IMG/VR virus record: IMGVR_UViG_3300017917_001342
Location: 454,644-518,643 of that record
Length of the DNA stretch: 64,000 nucleotides
Reading direction: 5' to 3' (one strand)
In this document: in pieces, positions 38,025 through 59,800 of the stretch
Layout of the letters: each line of letters begins with the position of its first letter
Numbering within the stretch: the first letter of the stretch is position 1
Made by a program: the position numbers and the translations under genes
The notes under the pieces: generated by a model
Databases searched by the model: none
Told to the model about the DNA's origin: nothing
Seen by the model: the letters and a program-made list of their open reading frames with translations, nothing else

Positions 38025-38674
38025 CACTTTGCTTTGCAGGTCTACCAAGAATGTCTACAATCAGCACAGATAGCTGGCGTAGATTAATATCTCAACACCA
38101 TACAGATGTTTTTGTACATACTTGGGCTGATAATGATCCGCAACAGCTACAGCAATCTATTGCTGCAACCTATGCACCAAAAGAATTGATTGTTGAACAA
38201 CAACGTCAATTTGATACAGCTATCTATACTGATCGCATATGGGCATACCGTAGTTTTCCCAACAATGTATTGAGCATGTGGTACAGCATAGCACAGAGCC
38301 TACAGATGGCTGATAGATATGCTGCAAAATACAACATCACATATGATTATGTTTGTCGTGCTAGATTTGACTGGCACTGTAATCAATTTGATTTGCAACC
38401 ATTTGATGGCTTAACAGTACCAGATGATCCCGGTTTAAGTGGACATCATTTTCAACATAGAGGCCACTGGTATGTTGCACATAACGATCAATTTGGCTAT
38501 GGCAGCATGAATGTCATGCGCGATTATGGTGAGACCTTTTATCGCATACCATGGTTATATCAAATCGACAAAATAGACTTTTGCAGTGAATTATTCCTTA
38601 CAACAAATATGATTACAAAAAAAATTCCTGTAAAATTACAAAAGGGATGGGTTTATAGGATGGTACGCGAATGA
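38012..38674 (+). CDS. Putative glycan-related transferase (ALCFAG.PR family)
   Basis: Likely ATG at 38012; DVFVHTW, SMWYS, YDYV.R.RFD, NDQFGYG. Confidence 0.55.
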   Translation: MSRVALCFAGLPRMSTISTDSWRRLISQHHTDVFVHTWADNDPQQLQQSIAATYAPKELIVEQQRQFDTAIYTDRIWAYRSFPNNVLSMWYSIAQSLQMADRYAAKYNITYDYVCRARFDWHCNQFDLQPFDGLTVPDDPGLSGHHFQHRGHWYVAHNDQFGYGSMNVMRDYGETFYRIPWLYQIDKIDFCSELFLTTNMITKKIPVKLQKGWVYRMVRE

Positions 38675-39744
38675 AAATAGCTGTATATACAATTGCACTT
38701 AATGAAATAAAACACTGTGAACGCTGGGCAGAATCTGTAAAAGATGCAGACTATCGAATCGTTTTAGACACTGGTAGTACAGATGGTACAGTAGAAAAAC
38801 TGCGCGAACTAGGTGTAACTGTATACGAACAGCAGTTTACACCTTGGCGTTTTGATGTTGCACGCAATGCTGCATTGAATTGTGTACCAGAAGATGCTGA
38901 TATCTGTATAAGCCAAGACATGGATGAATTTTTAGAGCCGGGATGGCGTGCAAAAATGGAAGCAGTTTGGCAGAAAGGTCAAACTACTAGATTGGCTTAC
39001 ACCTATGTATTTGATTATAGACCAGGTGGTAAGAATGACGGCTATCGTATGGATAAGATTCATGCTAGACAGGGTTACGAATGGCGCAGGCCAGTGCATG
39101 AAACTGTATGGAGCACACTGAGTTACGAAAACATTGCAGAAGATCTGTCTATTGTATTGAATCAAATACAAGACAGAAACAAAACAACTCGCAGCAACTA
39201 TTTGCCATTGATGGCTATGGCCACAGCAGAAAATCCCAATGACAGCCAATTGAGCTTTTGGTATGGACGCGAGTTAATGTACGCAAATCAACATGAAGCT
39301 GCTATCACAGAATTGAAACGCTATCTTGATCTAGAAACCAGTCGTTGGCCAGTAGAACGTAGCGAAGCTATGATTTATCTGTCTAGACTAACAGACAGCA
39401 GCAAATTTGACTATTTGCACAGGGCATTGATCTGTGCGCCAGAACGCAGACAGGTATGGTTAGAACTTGCTAGATATTATTACAGTAAACAAGACTGGCA
39501 TGGATTGCTATGGGCCTGTGGTAGCGGGCTTGAACACAGCCGCAGGGACAACAGCTATCTTGATCATGCAGATGCCTGGGGCAATCAACTACACGATTTT
39601 GGAAGCATTGCAGCAGCTAACTTAAAATGGTACGAAAAAGCTGTGGAATGGTGCCAATTAGCGATAAACATACAACCAACTGATGATAGATTGCGTGCAA
39701 ACTTAAATTGGATGCAAAGCAAACTAGGAGAGATTTCAAAATGA
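38671..39744 (+). CDS. GT2 glycosyltransferase with C-terminal TPRs
   Basis: VLDTGSTDGT, F..ARN.AL, DMDE, VHE, TPR helices. Confidence 0.9.
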   Translation: MKIAVYTIALNEIKHCERWAESVKDADYRIVLDTGSTDGTVEKLRELGVTVYEQQFTPWRFDVARNAALNCVPEDADICISQDMDEFLEPGWRAKMEAVWQKGQTTRLAYTYVFDYRPGGKNDGYRMDKIHARQGYEWRRPVHETVWSTLSYENIAEDLSIVLNQIQDRNKTTRSNYLPLMAMATAENPNDSQLSFWYGRELMYANQHEAAITELKRYLDLETSRWPVERSEAMIYLSRLTDSSKFDYLHRALICAPERRQVWLELARYYYSKQDWHGLLWACGSGLEHSRRDNSYLDHADAWGNQLHDFGSIAAANLKWYEKAVEWCQLAINIQPTDDRLRANLNWMQSKLGEISK

Positions 39745-40805
39745 AAATAGCTATATACGGTCCGGCAAAAAACGAATTCAAACATGTCGAAGCATGGTAT
39801 GACAGTTGCAAAGATGCAGACATTATCTGCGTTGCAGACACTGGTAGTACAGATGGTACACCAGAATTAATGCGACAACTTGGTGTACAAGTTACAGATG
39901 TACGTATATCACCTTGGCGATTTGATGATGCATTTAATACAGCAATGTATCTGGTGCCCGATTGGGTCGATGTTTGTATTCGATTAGACACAGACGAGCG
40001 TCTTGTAGAAGGTTGGAGAGCAGCGTTAGAAGCAGCATGGACACCTGAAACAACACGTTTACGTTACCCTTATGTATGGAATTGGAACCCAGATGGCACA
40101 CCAGGCCGTACATGGTATGGCGATCGTATCCACAAGCGAGTTGGTTACAGATGGATGGGTGCAACACACGAAGGGCTTGTTAGCAGGTTGCCGGAAATTC
40201 AAACCTATACAGACACTGTGAAGATACATCATTTCCCGGATGTAAAAAACAAATCGGGCGATTTGCCATTGCTGTTAGAATCTGTAAAAGAGTGGCCGCA
40301 TGATGCTAGAATCCGTGCTTACCTTGCTAGAGAATACATGTATGCTAGAAACTACGAGAAAGCAGCAGAAACCTACAAAGAATTCCTAGGAATGAGCTGG
40401 GACACTGCCGAACGCTGTCAGGCAATGACATCACTGGCACAAGCAGAACCAGAAAATAAAATCTACTGGTTAAGGCAAGCTGCGTATGAAGTACCAACAC
40501 ACAGAGAACCTCTAGTATATCTTGCACAACACTATTACGACAAAAGTGAATGGCAAAAGTGTTATGAATATGCACACAAGGCTTTGGCAATTACCAGACA
40601 TCCTATGGATTATACCTGCACACCGGAAGCATGGGGATGGCAACCACACGATTTGTTAAGCATTGCAGCATGGAATCTCAAGCTGTACAAAGAAAGTCTC
40701 GAACATGCTAAACTGGCATTGTCACATGCTACACATGATGTAAGGCTGCAAAACAATGTCAAGCTCATTGAAGAATTTATAGCTAAGAATCTCAGTGACA
40801 GTTGA
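39741..40805 (+). CDS. GT2 glycosyltransferase with C-terminal TPRs (paralogue)
   Basis: ATG at 39741 (ATGA overlap); ADTGSTDGT, DTDE, THE, TPR helices. Confidence 0.9.
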   Translation: MKIAIYGPAKNEFKHVEAWYDSCKDADIICVADTGSTDGTPELMRQLGVQVTDVRISPWRFDDAFNTAMYLVPDWVDVCIRLDTDERLVEGWRAALEAAWTPETTRLRYPYVWNWNPDGTPGRTWYGDRIHKRVGYRWMGATHEGLVSRLPEIQTYTDTVKIHHFPDVKNKSGDLPLLLESVKEWPHDARIRAYLAREYMYARNYEKAAETYKEFLGMSWDTAERCQAMTSLAQAEPENKIYWLRQAAYEVPTHREPLVYLAQHYYDKSEWQKCYEYAHKALAITRHPMDYTCTPEAWGWQPHDLLSIAAWNLKLYKESLEHAKLALSHATHDVRLQNNVKLIEEFIAKNLSDS

Positions 40806-40820
40806 TCACTAAATATCACT

Positions 40821-40997
40821 ATGAGAGCAACTGAATTCATAAATGAGTCAGGCGGAGCAGGCCGCGTTGTGCCAGGTGTGAATACCACACCTGATGTTGG
40901 ACCGGATGAAATACCAAAGCAAGCTGCAAAGCTAGGTATGAAAACTGATAGAGACGGTAGACCGCCTATTGCTAGAACTGATGGGAAAATTGAATAA
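40821..40997 (+). CDS. 58-aa protein (MRATEFINE...), possible capsid-targeted protein; absent from ORF track
   Basis: Hand translation MRATEFINESGGAGRVVPGVNTTPDVGPDEIPKQAAKLGMKTDRDGRPPIARTDGKIE; CTAAATA 5 nt upstream; terminator downstream. Confidence 0.7.
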   Translation: MRATEFINESGGAGRVVPGVNTTPDVGPDEIPKQAAKLGMKTDRDGRPPIARTDGKIE

Positions 40998-40999
40998 TA

Positions 41000-41025
41000 A
41001 AAAAGGGCGCCTAAGCGCCCTTTTT
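41000..41025. terminator. Bidirectional intrinsic terminator
   Basis: aaaaagggcgc-ctaa-gcgcccttttt between convergent genes. Confidence 0.88.
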
Positions 41026-41027
41026 AG

Positions 41028-41225
41028 TTAGATACGACTGCGTCGACTTGCAGCTTCTGCGTCTTCTTTTGTACGCTCAATTGCGATAGGAACCCACCGT
41101 TGCGGAATAGCAAGGCCGCTCTTGCGGTAATAGTCTAGATCAGCATCGGGATCATCTACCTGAGCCCAAACTGTCCACTTACCATCAAAAGGACGCTGCG
41201 TAATTTCGTGTCGGGATTTTTCCAT
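41028..41225 (-). CDS. Hypothetical protein
   Basis: ORF ending at the terminator. Confidence 0.55.
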   Translation of the reverse strand: MEKSRHEITQRPFDGKWTVWAQVDDPDADLDYYRKSGLAIPQRWVPIAIERTKEDAEAASRRSRI

Positions 41226-41311
41226 TATCTTAATTGCCTCATATTTTGAGTTAGTGTTATGCGTATTACTACGCGGCTAATATTATTGCATGTTATTATG
41301 CAATAATTTCG

Positions 41312-41827
41312 TTATGGTGTAGTCTTGCTCCACCATTTGTCCCAAGGAAAGCTAATTTCTGTATCGGTTGATTCAGTTGCGCTGTAGTTAACTATAAAGT
41401 CACTTTCGACGTTGTCAACCAATACTGCAAATTTTGTAGATTTATACCAAACATCGTCCCAGATGTTTGACATAGGCATGCAGCCACTTTGCCAATCTTT
41501 TTTGATCCAATTAAAAACAGTTGGATCATTTACATGATTGACAATGAGAATATTTTTTGGTGTACAAGGTTTCCAATTATTGTTGCAATCTAAACCAAAT
41601 GCATCCTCTGCCATCCATAGGTTAGATTCAGCCGAATCGATATGTAGCTGTGTGTTGAGAGTGTAACAAGGTACATCAAACCATTCACTGATGAGCGCAG
41701 CAGGTAATGTACCGTTCTTAACAAGACCTACGACGTAGTCTGGTTTCCAGTTGTTGCAGTGCATCTGTTGAACAATGTCTAAACATTGTGCATGAACATC
41801 TTTATATGTAAATGCTGTTGCGGCCAT
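41312..41827 (-). CDS. Type I phosphoribosyltransferase-like protein with degenerate PRPP loop
   Basis: PDYVVGLVKNG.LPA..IS, KNILIVNHVND (in place of VDDxxD.G), FAVL, FPW. Confidence 0.65.
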   Translation of the reverse strand: MAATAFTYKDVHAQCLDIVQQMHCNNWKPDYVVGLVKNGTLPAALISEWFDVPCYTLNTQLHIDSAESNLWMAEDAFGLDCNNNWKPCTPKNILIVNHVNDPTVFNWIKKDWQSGCMPMSNIWDDVWYKSTKFAVLVDNVESDFIVNYSATESTDTEISFPWDKWWSKTTP

Positions 41828-41848
41828 AGTGTCTCCAATCTATGCCGC

Positions 41849-41876
41849 AGTATAACACAGTGTTGTTAGTTGTCAA
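41849..41876 (-). promoter_or_regulatory. Putative sigma70-type promoter
   Basis: TTGACA-N16-(TGT)TATACT. Confidence 0.6.
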
Positions 41877-42660
41877 CTGCCAATGTTAAGTTGAAAGTAC
41901 CGTCTGTAACAACAACATGCCCGTCGCCACATTCGACATGATAAGAAGGACCTAGCAGCGATTGCAATGCAATGCTTTCTCTTAGTGCAGAGTTACCTAT
42001 AGTAAGTCCGAATACTGGCATCGGAGATGTGCCTTTGCGCCAATCAGTGATTTGATACACTCTGTCGCGGCCTCTGTCAGAAATACAAATCCAGTCGCCT
42101 TTGATTTCGACACTTTCTACTAGCGAATGCTTTAAAAACTCACCAACTTGTTCGTAGATTTTTACTTCACCTGCTGGTGCAACTTCAAGTTTATCTTCTG
42201 GTGATTCAACCGGCGGCTCAGTTGTGTCGCCTTCAATCTCAATTTTGTCTGGATTTAGATTAACGTATTCTCTAACGTTGTCTTCGGTTAGATCTAAAAA
42301 CTCGTCGTCGCCGAGACCATAAGGCTTGAATTTCCATTTGTTGACAAATGTTAGATTTTTCAGTTGATTTGCCATGTCTATTAAACGTGACGGATAATCT
42401 TCGTTTCTGGACATTTCCACGAACACCATGTAGAATCCGTCATCTGTTGGTGCAGGACTAACTTCTGTGTCCAGCGGTCGTATGCTGCTTTTTTCTACAA
42501 ACACACTTAGATCAGCTGCTGGATTTTTATCTTTTACATAAAATCCGGTAACAATTACTCTGCGATCATCGATCTTGCTTTCATATTCGTCAACTGAAAT
42601 CAACGGCAATACTAGATGTTCTAATGCACCTCGATCAAGACCTTCGTTTATTCTTTTCAT
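41866..42660 (-). CDS. Hypothetical phage protein
   Basis: 264 aa, ATGA-coupled; MKRINEG N-terminus; VDEYESK, DL..FVEK motifs. Confidence 0.7.
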   Translation of the reverse strand: MKRINEGLDRGALEHLVLPLISVDEYESKIDDRRVIVTGFYVKDKNPAADLSVFVEKSSIRPLDTEVSPAPTDDGFYMVFVEMSRNEDYPSRLIDMANQLKNLTFVNKWKFKPYGLGDDEFLDLTEDNVREYVNLNPDKIEIEGDTTEPPVESPEDKLEVAPAGEVKIYEQVGEFLKHSLVESVEIKGDWICISDRGRDRVYQITDWRKGTSPMPVFGLTIGNSALRESIALQSLLGPSYHVECGDGHVVVTDGTFNLTLAVDN

Positions 42661-43169
42661 TGCTGTGGCGCTCCATCAGCATCAACACCTGCTGCTGCTG
42701 CGTCGTCAAGTGTTTCAACGTCAACTTCTTCTTCGTATTGGTCCATGATTTTATTATCAATGTTTTGAACAAACTTACGAGGTATAAGCATATCTATCAG
42801 CCAAATCTTACGTTTTTTCATCTTTGGCTTTTTAGTACCTGGTTGGTAGTCAGCTTCGCTTTTTACCTTGACAGGATATTTTTCCAGTGCAACACGATAT
42901 GAAATTTTTGTACCGTGCATAAGAAGTCTTAGACCGCCTTCGGGGTCTGGCATTTTTTCGTATGGATATTTCAGTGTGATCTTTACCCAATACTGTTTGG
43001 TATAAGGGCCAGCTACAACTTCACCAAGTTTCCAATTTTTGTAAACGTACAGGTTGTTACCATCGAGGTAATCCTCAATGTCAATTAGTATATCTACAAG
43101 ATCTTCAGAGTCCGTAATTCTACGGACTACTTCTGCTGCTTTTGATGTGTTAAATTCTTCGTGTGCCAT
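42657..43169 (-). CDS. Hypothetical phage protein
   Basis: ATG at 43169 is 5 nt after TATAAATA; LYVYKNW..GEVV.GP, MPDP.GG.RL motifs. Confidence 0.75.
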   Translation of the reverse strand: MAHEEFNTSKAAEVVRRITDSEDLVDILIDIEDYLDGNNLYVYKNWKLGEVVAGPYTKQYWVKITLKYPYEKMPDPEGGLRLLMHGTKISYRVALEKYPVKVKSEADYQPGTKKPKMKKRKIWLIDMLIPRKFVQNIDNKIMDQYEEEVDVETLDDAAAAGVDADGAPQQ

Positions 43170-43192
43170 GTAGATATTTATACATGGCACAC
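43161..43192 (-). promoter_or_regulatory. Late promoter TATAAATA in a perfect 12-bp hairpin covering the ATG
   Basis: gtgtgccatgta / tacatggcacac around gatattta. Confidence 0.7.
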
Positions 43193-43205
43193 AAGTTTCG
43201 TTATA

Positions 43206-43976
43206 TCATTCTTCGCCGTACATGCGAAGAATATCTGTTATCACAGGATGGCGTTCTACACTGTCTTTATCAAACTTACAGATTCGTATACGGGACGATC
43301 CGTCGAAGCGATTAACAAAGTCTGCAAGTCCATTATTGTTCATACCTCTATCGCTTTGTTTGATATCGCCGGTAACAACCATCTTGCTACCTTCGCCGAT
43401 TCTAGTCAATGCACTTAGCATGCTAGTCGGAGTTGTGTTTTGTGCTTCGTCTAGGAGGACTATGGCGTTTTTAAACGTGCGGCCACGAATATATGCCATT
43501 GGTACCAATTCTATTACGCCATCTTCGATCATAGCTGTGATGTCTTTGACACTGTAATATTCTTCAAAAACATCAAGTACTGGCTTAGTCCACGGTGCCA
43601 TCTTTTTAAGAATATCACCTGGTAAGAAACCAATATCTTTATCATCAACTGCAATGTTTGGTCGTGTGATTACGATCTTTTGAACATTGCCTTGTCTAAG
43701 TTGTTGGATTGCGTAAAGTGTTGCTAGGTATGTCTTACCGCTACCTGCGTATCCCATTGCAAATACTATGTTTACATTGGAGTTTTCAAGCGCATCAATA
43801 TATTCTTCCTGCGCTAAGTTTTTTGGTACTAGTCTAATTTTAGTTTTTTGGGGTTTTTGGAACTGTTCTACTCGTACAATGTTCCCTTGTGGTTGTATCT
43901 CCATATTTCTATTAAAAGGCATATCAAAATCAGTTCTGTTCGAACGACGTATACGTTTACCCAAATGGTCCTCCAT
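43206..43976 (-). CDS. phoH: PhoH-family ATPase
   Basis: GYAGSGKT, ITRP, GFLPG, YIRGRTF, DEAQN, TRIG, TGD..QSD, RH. Confidence 0.95.
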   Translation of the reverse strand: MEDHLGKRIRRSNRTDFDMPFNRNMEIQPQGNIVRVEQFQKPQKTKIRLVPKNLAQEEYIDALENSNVNIVFAMGYAGSGKTYLATLYAIQQLRQGNVQKIVITRPNIAVDDKDIGFLPGDILKKMAPWTKPVLDVFEEYYSVKDITAMIEDGVIELVPMAYIRGRTFKNAIVLLDEAQNTTPTSMLSALTRIGEGSKMVVTGDIKQSDRGMNNNGLADFVNRFDGSSRIRICKFDKDSVERHPVITDILRMYGEE

Positions 43977-44050
43977 TGTTGTGACCTACAAATATTTATG
44001 GCGCATGGCATGAAAATTGTATCGAATGTTAATATAAAGAGACCGGCTAA

Positions 44051-48403
<4,353 letters not shown>

Positions 48404-48415
48404 GAGAGAAGATAA

Positions 48416-48808
48416 ATGGCTGGTATTCCATTAAACACATTTAGAACCGTTACTGCTACAGTAAAATATCTTAACCCATTACAGGCGAATCCAACTCCTC
48501 CTGGGCCAAGTAATCCAGCCTACATATATACTGCACCACCTGGCACTACAGGTATTGTGTTATACATGCAGGTTGCAAACGTTGGTACTGCTGAAGATTT
48601 TACAACCAGTGCTTGGCATTACAGACCAAGCACTAATACATGGACCTGTATTGTAAAAAACATCATAGCACCAATCAATGATACTAGAATAATGCTAGGC
48701 GGCAAATTGGTTCTACAGACAAACGATCAGTTATACGTAAGTGGAAGTGATCCATATGAACAATATTTGCAATTGATTGTGAGTTTGCTAGAAAGTGCTA
48801 ACCAGTAA
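48416..48808 (+). CDS. Small virion/tail-associated protein
   Basis: YTAP.G.T.IVL..QVAN, GKLVLQ..D.L...LLE pattern between structural genes. Confidence 0.65.
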   Translation: MAGIPLNTFRTVTATVKYLNPLQANPTPPGPSNPAYIYTAPPGTTGIVLYMQVANVGTAEDFTTSAWHYRPSTNTWTCIVKNIIAPINDTRIMLGGKLVLQTNDQLYVSGSDPYEQYLQLIVSLLESANQ

Positions 48809-48851
48809 GCAATCTAGTTACATAAATATTCAAATAAATTAGGTTGGTTAG

Positions 48852-56759
<7,908 letters not shown>

Positions 56760-56769
56760 TAACAAACAG

Positions 56770-56816
56770 CCTTTCCGCTAAATATCACAACATATTATGT
56801 GACATTAGCGGAAAGG
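56770..56816 (+). promoter_or_regulatory. Late promoter CTAAATA in the 5' arm of a hairpin that sequesters the RBS
   Basis: cctttccgctaa / ttagcggaaagg perfect 12-bp arms; ATG at 56824. Confidence 0.7.
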
Positions 56817-56823
56817 GAACCTA

Positions 56824-59800
56824 ATGGTCGCCAAGAGTCAAGACTTTGTAGTCAAACATGGACTACAAGTTTCAAGCAACCTTGTGGTAGGTGCGTATAC
56901 TGGCTTTGCATCAAGTCAGCAAATCAACAACGGTGCGATAATCAGCGGAAATGTTGGTATTGGTACATCAACAGTAATAGCCGGCACTCGTCTGCAAGTA
57001 ACCAACGGAAATCTAAGGATTTCTTCTGCGAATACCGGCATTTTATTCCAGGATGGTACCCTACAAACTACTGCTGCAACCAACACTCCTAGCTACGGTC
57101 TCCCTTATACCATACAGTTTGCTGGTGCTGCAAATACATTTAGCGGTGATAGTACAAACCTTGTCTGGAACAACACAACTGCTACTCTGCAAGCAAATAA
57201 TATCGCAGTAACAGGAACTACTCCTGCAACTACGTTTGGTACTGGTTCTCTTACCACAGCAGGTGGTGCAAGCATTGGTGGCAACCTTTATATCGGTGGC
57301 AACTTTACTGTAGGTGGCCAGGTTAACTTTTCCAACGTAGGTGGTATTCAGAACCTTGTGGTTACAAGTTTAACCAGTAACACTACTGTTCAAGCTGCAA
57401 CAACTGTACAAGGCAACAACCTTATTGCTAACCTGACTCTGGGTGTTGGTACCACAGTTGCAGCATATCCTATTGATGTCTACGGCAATATTCATATCGG
57501 CAACACTGCTACAGCTAGTGGTTTAGTATTCCCAGACGGTAGTTTCCAAACCACTGCTGCAAGAAATACACCAAGTTTTGGTGCACAAGGCACAGTGCAA
57601 TTTGCAGGTGCTGCGAATGCATTCAGTGGCAATACTGATAACTTCTTCTGGGATACTGCAAACACACAATTAAATGTTAACAGACTAAAAGTTAATAGCA
57701 CTGCAACAGTTCAAAGCTTGAACAGCAACACAAACGTTGTTGCTACAAATATTCAAAGTACTGGTCAGGCAACAGTAGCGTCGTTAGTAAGCAACAGTAC
57801 AATAAGCGGTACTGCGGCAACGTTTACAAGTCTACAAAACAGTGGATCTACTACGGTTCAAAGTTTGAATAGTAACACCAATATAGTTGCGACTAATTTA
57901 CAATCAACCGGTCAAGCATCGGTTTCAACTCTTATTAGTAACGGTGCAGTTAGTGGTACAACTGGCACATTTGGTGCAGGATTGCAGAGTGGTGCAGCAA
58001 CAGTTTCAAGTTTGAATAGCAACACTAATGTTGTTGCAACCAATCTACAATCAACTGGCACTGCTACAGTAAATGCATTGACTAGTAATGGAGCAATCAG
58101 CGGAACTAGTATAAACGGTACTGTTGGTACATTTACATCTCTGCAAAACAGCGGTACTGCTACTGTTCAAAGTTTGAATAGTAACACCAATGTAGTTGCG
58201 ACTAATTTACAATCAACTGGTCAGGCATCGGTCGCATCATTAGTAAGCAACGGTGCTATTTCGGCTACAACTATTTCTGGTACTGCTAGTACATTTACAT
58301 CTATACAAAACAGCGGTACTACTACTGTTCAAAGTCTAAACAGCAACACCAATGTAGTTGCTACTAATCTACAATCAACTGCACAGACTACAGTTCAAAG
58401 TCTAGTAGTTAACACAAACATAACCACTGCAACTCTTAATTCTACAGGTGCAGCACAGGTCAGCAGTTTAACAAGTAACACTAATATTACCAGTCAAACA
58501 GGTGTATTCGCTAGTAATGTTGGAATTGGCACAACTGTACTTTATACAGGTGATGCACTGAGAGTAGTGGGCGGTAACATCAATGTTGCAGTATCTGGCA
58601 CGGGTATACTGTTCCCAGATGGCAGTTTCCAACAGAGTTCAGCTGGTAGTTCAGCCGCAGGAACAGACAAAGCAGTTCAGTTTAACAATGGCGGATTATT
58701 TGCTGGACAAACCAACTTTATATTCGATAAAACCAACATTCGTTTAGGTATAGGTACTACAAATCTAACCAACAGTTTGATGGTATTTTCTGCAACACCT
58801 GCACTGTTTAACACTACCAATGGCGCAGATCAACAGTTAATAGTCGGTAACACTGAAACAACTGGTATTGTTCTAGGATTTAACAGCAGCAGTGGTACTG
58901 GTGTAAACACCTATGGTTATTTGAGCGCAGTAGGTGCCGCAGCTAAGAACATATCTCTTACTAAGACAGGCACAGGTATTGGTGGTATAACCATACCTCA
59001 GAATACACTGGATGTTGGCGGCGGTGTTGCAATAGGATTCACCTATGCTGGTTCAATTACAGCACCATCAAATGGTCTATTAGTACAAGGGACTATTGGT
59101 GTAGGATCATCAGCACCTATTAGTAAACTAGATGTCATAGGTGGTGCTGCATTTACCGGTGCTGTAAGTGCAGGCGGTGCGTTATCTGCAAATTCTGTTA
59201 CCAGTAATACATTTGTGAGAACTGCAACCGTAAATGCATCTAGTACTATCGTTGGTGCAAATCTCTACAGTAATGGATTTGTACAAAGCGCAGGTACTGT
59301 TACAGGTCAGGCAGTTGTAAGTAATAGCACTGTAACAGCTAGTACAGGACTTAGTGTAACTGCTGGCGGTATGACAGTAACAGGTACTAGTAGCTTTACT
59401 GGTAACGTTAATATCACAGGCAACGTTAATGTCACTGGTTCTATTAACTCTACAGAATCCAACATACTTGTAGTACAAGATCCACTTATCTATGTAGGTC
59501 AAAATAATCCCGGCGACCTATACGATCTAGGTATAGTAGGTGCATACACCGAAGGATCGTACTATAACACTGGTATTGTTCGTAATCACATTGACAATTT
59601 CTGGACCGTGTTTGACACATTAACAGCAACTCCCAATGTCATTACAGGTAATATCGACTGGACAGATAGTACATTAACCTACGGCCCATTCAAAGCTGGC
59701 AACATTGTTGTTGCTGGTAACACAGCCAGCACCGGCACTAACAGTGGTGCTATGATAATCAACGGCACTGGTGGATTAGGCGTAGGTGGCAGAATCAATG

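Noticed and set aside
56799-57092. 97-aa ORF listed in the track
   Set aside because: Out of frame with, and overlapping, the giant ORF starting at 56824, which has the RBS and the virion-protein modules.
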